Origin: Octopus sinensis
Lineage: Eukaryota
Direction: 5' to 3'
DNA: 52,168 bases
NCBI RefSeq assembly: GCF_006345805.1
Contig: NW_021834177.1
Span: forward strand, 1-52,168
Under the pieces are notes generated by a model that saw only the letters and a list, made by a program, of their open reading frames with translations, made no database searches and was not told the origin of the DNA. Positions 50,531 through 52,168 of this stretch are shown here, piece by piece. Every line of letters starts with the position of its first letter. Position 1 is the stretch's first letter. Both the position numbers and the translations under genes were made by a program.

Positions 50531-51261
50531 TATATATATATATAATATATATGTGTAATATATATATATATATTACATATAGATATATGTGTAATGTAAT
50601 CCATCTGGTGTGTTCCATCGTTGCCTGTTGATGTTCATTTACCAGGCTATAAATCTCGCTCGCTTTTACATCCTGCCTTTCTTTATTAGACTAAGGAACT
50701 ACATATTACTGTGTTGTAAGCGCTTGAATTTAATCCCAAACCTAGCGTTGGATCATTAGCAATATCCTGTCGACATGTGTGGCCATTAGTTATTACTATA
50801 CGTGTGTGTGTGGAGCGGTGGATGAAGTGTCGTTGAAGGAAATGTTATGAACGTTACAGCAATTTGTGGTTGTGAAGCGTGGATATAATGACGATTATCT
50901 CATTAGGATGTGTTAACAATTAACACTGTTATTATCTAAAGGCAAATTATACGTAACGCGGGACTAGATTTCACAGGTAGATATGGTGTAGGTTGTACAT
51001 ATAGTGTTAGGCCGTATGTAATTGATAATAATTTATAATAATAAATATAGTAATTACAACTATTTCAGTCAGCCAAGAGGCCACTACAGGGTCGCTCGAA
51101 GGATTAGGCATAGCAGCTAAATACCATTCACCCCACTGTATTAAATCTAGAAGGGCACATTGAATAATTTAGTCCTTGATGTACTATACCTGGTGGGGAT
51201 ACCCAAATATACTAGAAGTTGGGAGCTGTAGGAAAATGTAAGCGCCAAAGTATTAGGAATG

Positions 51262-51668
51262 AGGCGTAGGAGTGACTGTGTGATAAATAGCTTGCTTACG
51301 AACCACATGGTTCCGGGTTCAGTCCCACTGCGTGGCACCTTGGGCAAGTATCTTCTACTTTAGCCTCGGGCCGACAAAAGCCTTGTGAGTGGATTTGGTA
51401 GACGGAAACTGAAAGAAGACCGTCGTATATATGAATATATAAGTGTGTGTGTGTGTGTATGTTTGTGTGTCTGTGTTTGTCCCCCCAACATCGCTTGACA
51501 ACCGATGCTGGTGAGTTTACGTCCCGTAACTTAGCGGTTCGGCAAAAGAGACCGATAGAATAAGTACTAGGCTTACAAAGAATAAGTCTTGTGGTCGATT
51601 TGCTCGACTAAAGGCGGTGCTTCAGCATGGCCACAGTCAAAATGACTGAAACAAGTAAAAAAGTAAAT
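51262..51668 (+). mobile_element. tRNA-derived CORE-type SINE, family B (full length)
   Basis: tRNA-like head with B-box-like GGTTCAGTCCC, CORE-like CACCTTGGGCAAGTATCTT, a central TA/TG microsatellite, and tail GGCGGTGCTTCAGCATGGCCACAGTCAAAATGACTGAAACAAGTAAAA. Confidence 0.9.
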
Positions 51669-51907
51669 AAAAAAAGTTAATTGAAGAACAATCTGCCGAA
51701 CAGACGGACAACCTGATTATTCCAGAGTCCAACGGATTAACCCATTTAAGGCACTAAATATTTTTTTTAATGCTTCAATCAAAGTATTTCACAATGCACG
51801 ACCAGTTTCACTTCCTGTGACATAAAGGTAGAGAATTCCATTCTAGGCAAATATTTCATTAAAGTGTTCCATCTTCGATCCATTTCTTTAAAGCGTTCTA
51901 GTATACA

Positions 51908-52168
51908 CTCTCTTTACTCTTTTACTTGTTACAGTCATTTGACTGCGGCCATGCTGGAGCACCGCCTTTAGTCGAGCAAATCGACCCCAGGACTTATTCT
52001 TTGTAAGCCTAGTACTTATTCTATCGGTCTCTTTTGTCGAACCGCTATGTGACGGGGACGTAAACACATCAGCATCGGTTGTCAAGCGATGTTGGGGGGA
52101 CAAACACAGACATATATACGACAGGCTTCTTCCAGTTTCCCTCTACCAAATCCACTCACAAGGCTTTG
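51908..52168 (-). mobile_element. SINE family B running off the window end
   Basis: Reverse complement of the family B tail and body. Confidence 0.9.

Overview
AT-rich eukaryotic DNA, saturated with microsatellites and made almost entirely of repeats. The SINE families and repeat landscape look like a coleoid cephalopod, probably Octopus (inference). I found no host protein-coding exon I can support. Most ORFs in the track are microsatellite artefacts. The window holds two tRNA-derived SINE families, a decayed CR1/L2-group LINE with two 3' fragments, and RTE, R4/Dong and R2/NeSL-like LINE fragments. It also holds a decayed Penelope-like element (RT plus GIY-YIG), a mariner relic and MITE, a scrambled Helitron with an intact 3' terminus, a ~490-bp satellite and several large foldback palindromes. 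The most notable signal is absent from the ORF track: a type I hammerhead ribozyme with a fully canonical core on the minus strand at 46320-46397. Four more degenerate or variant hammerhead-like motifs occur in unrelated repeat families, two of them inside inverted-arm (foldback) modules. Hammerheads in Penelope-like elements are established knowledge. The ORF-less context and long stem II of this copy, and the foldback modules, are what merit follow-up. All structures were read by eye; no search or folding program was run.
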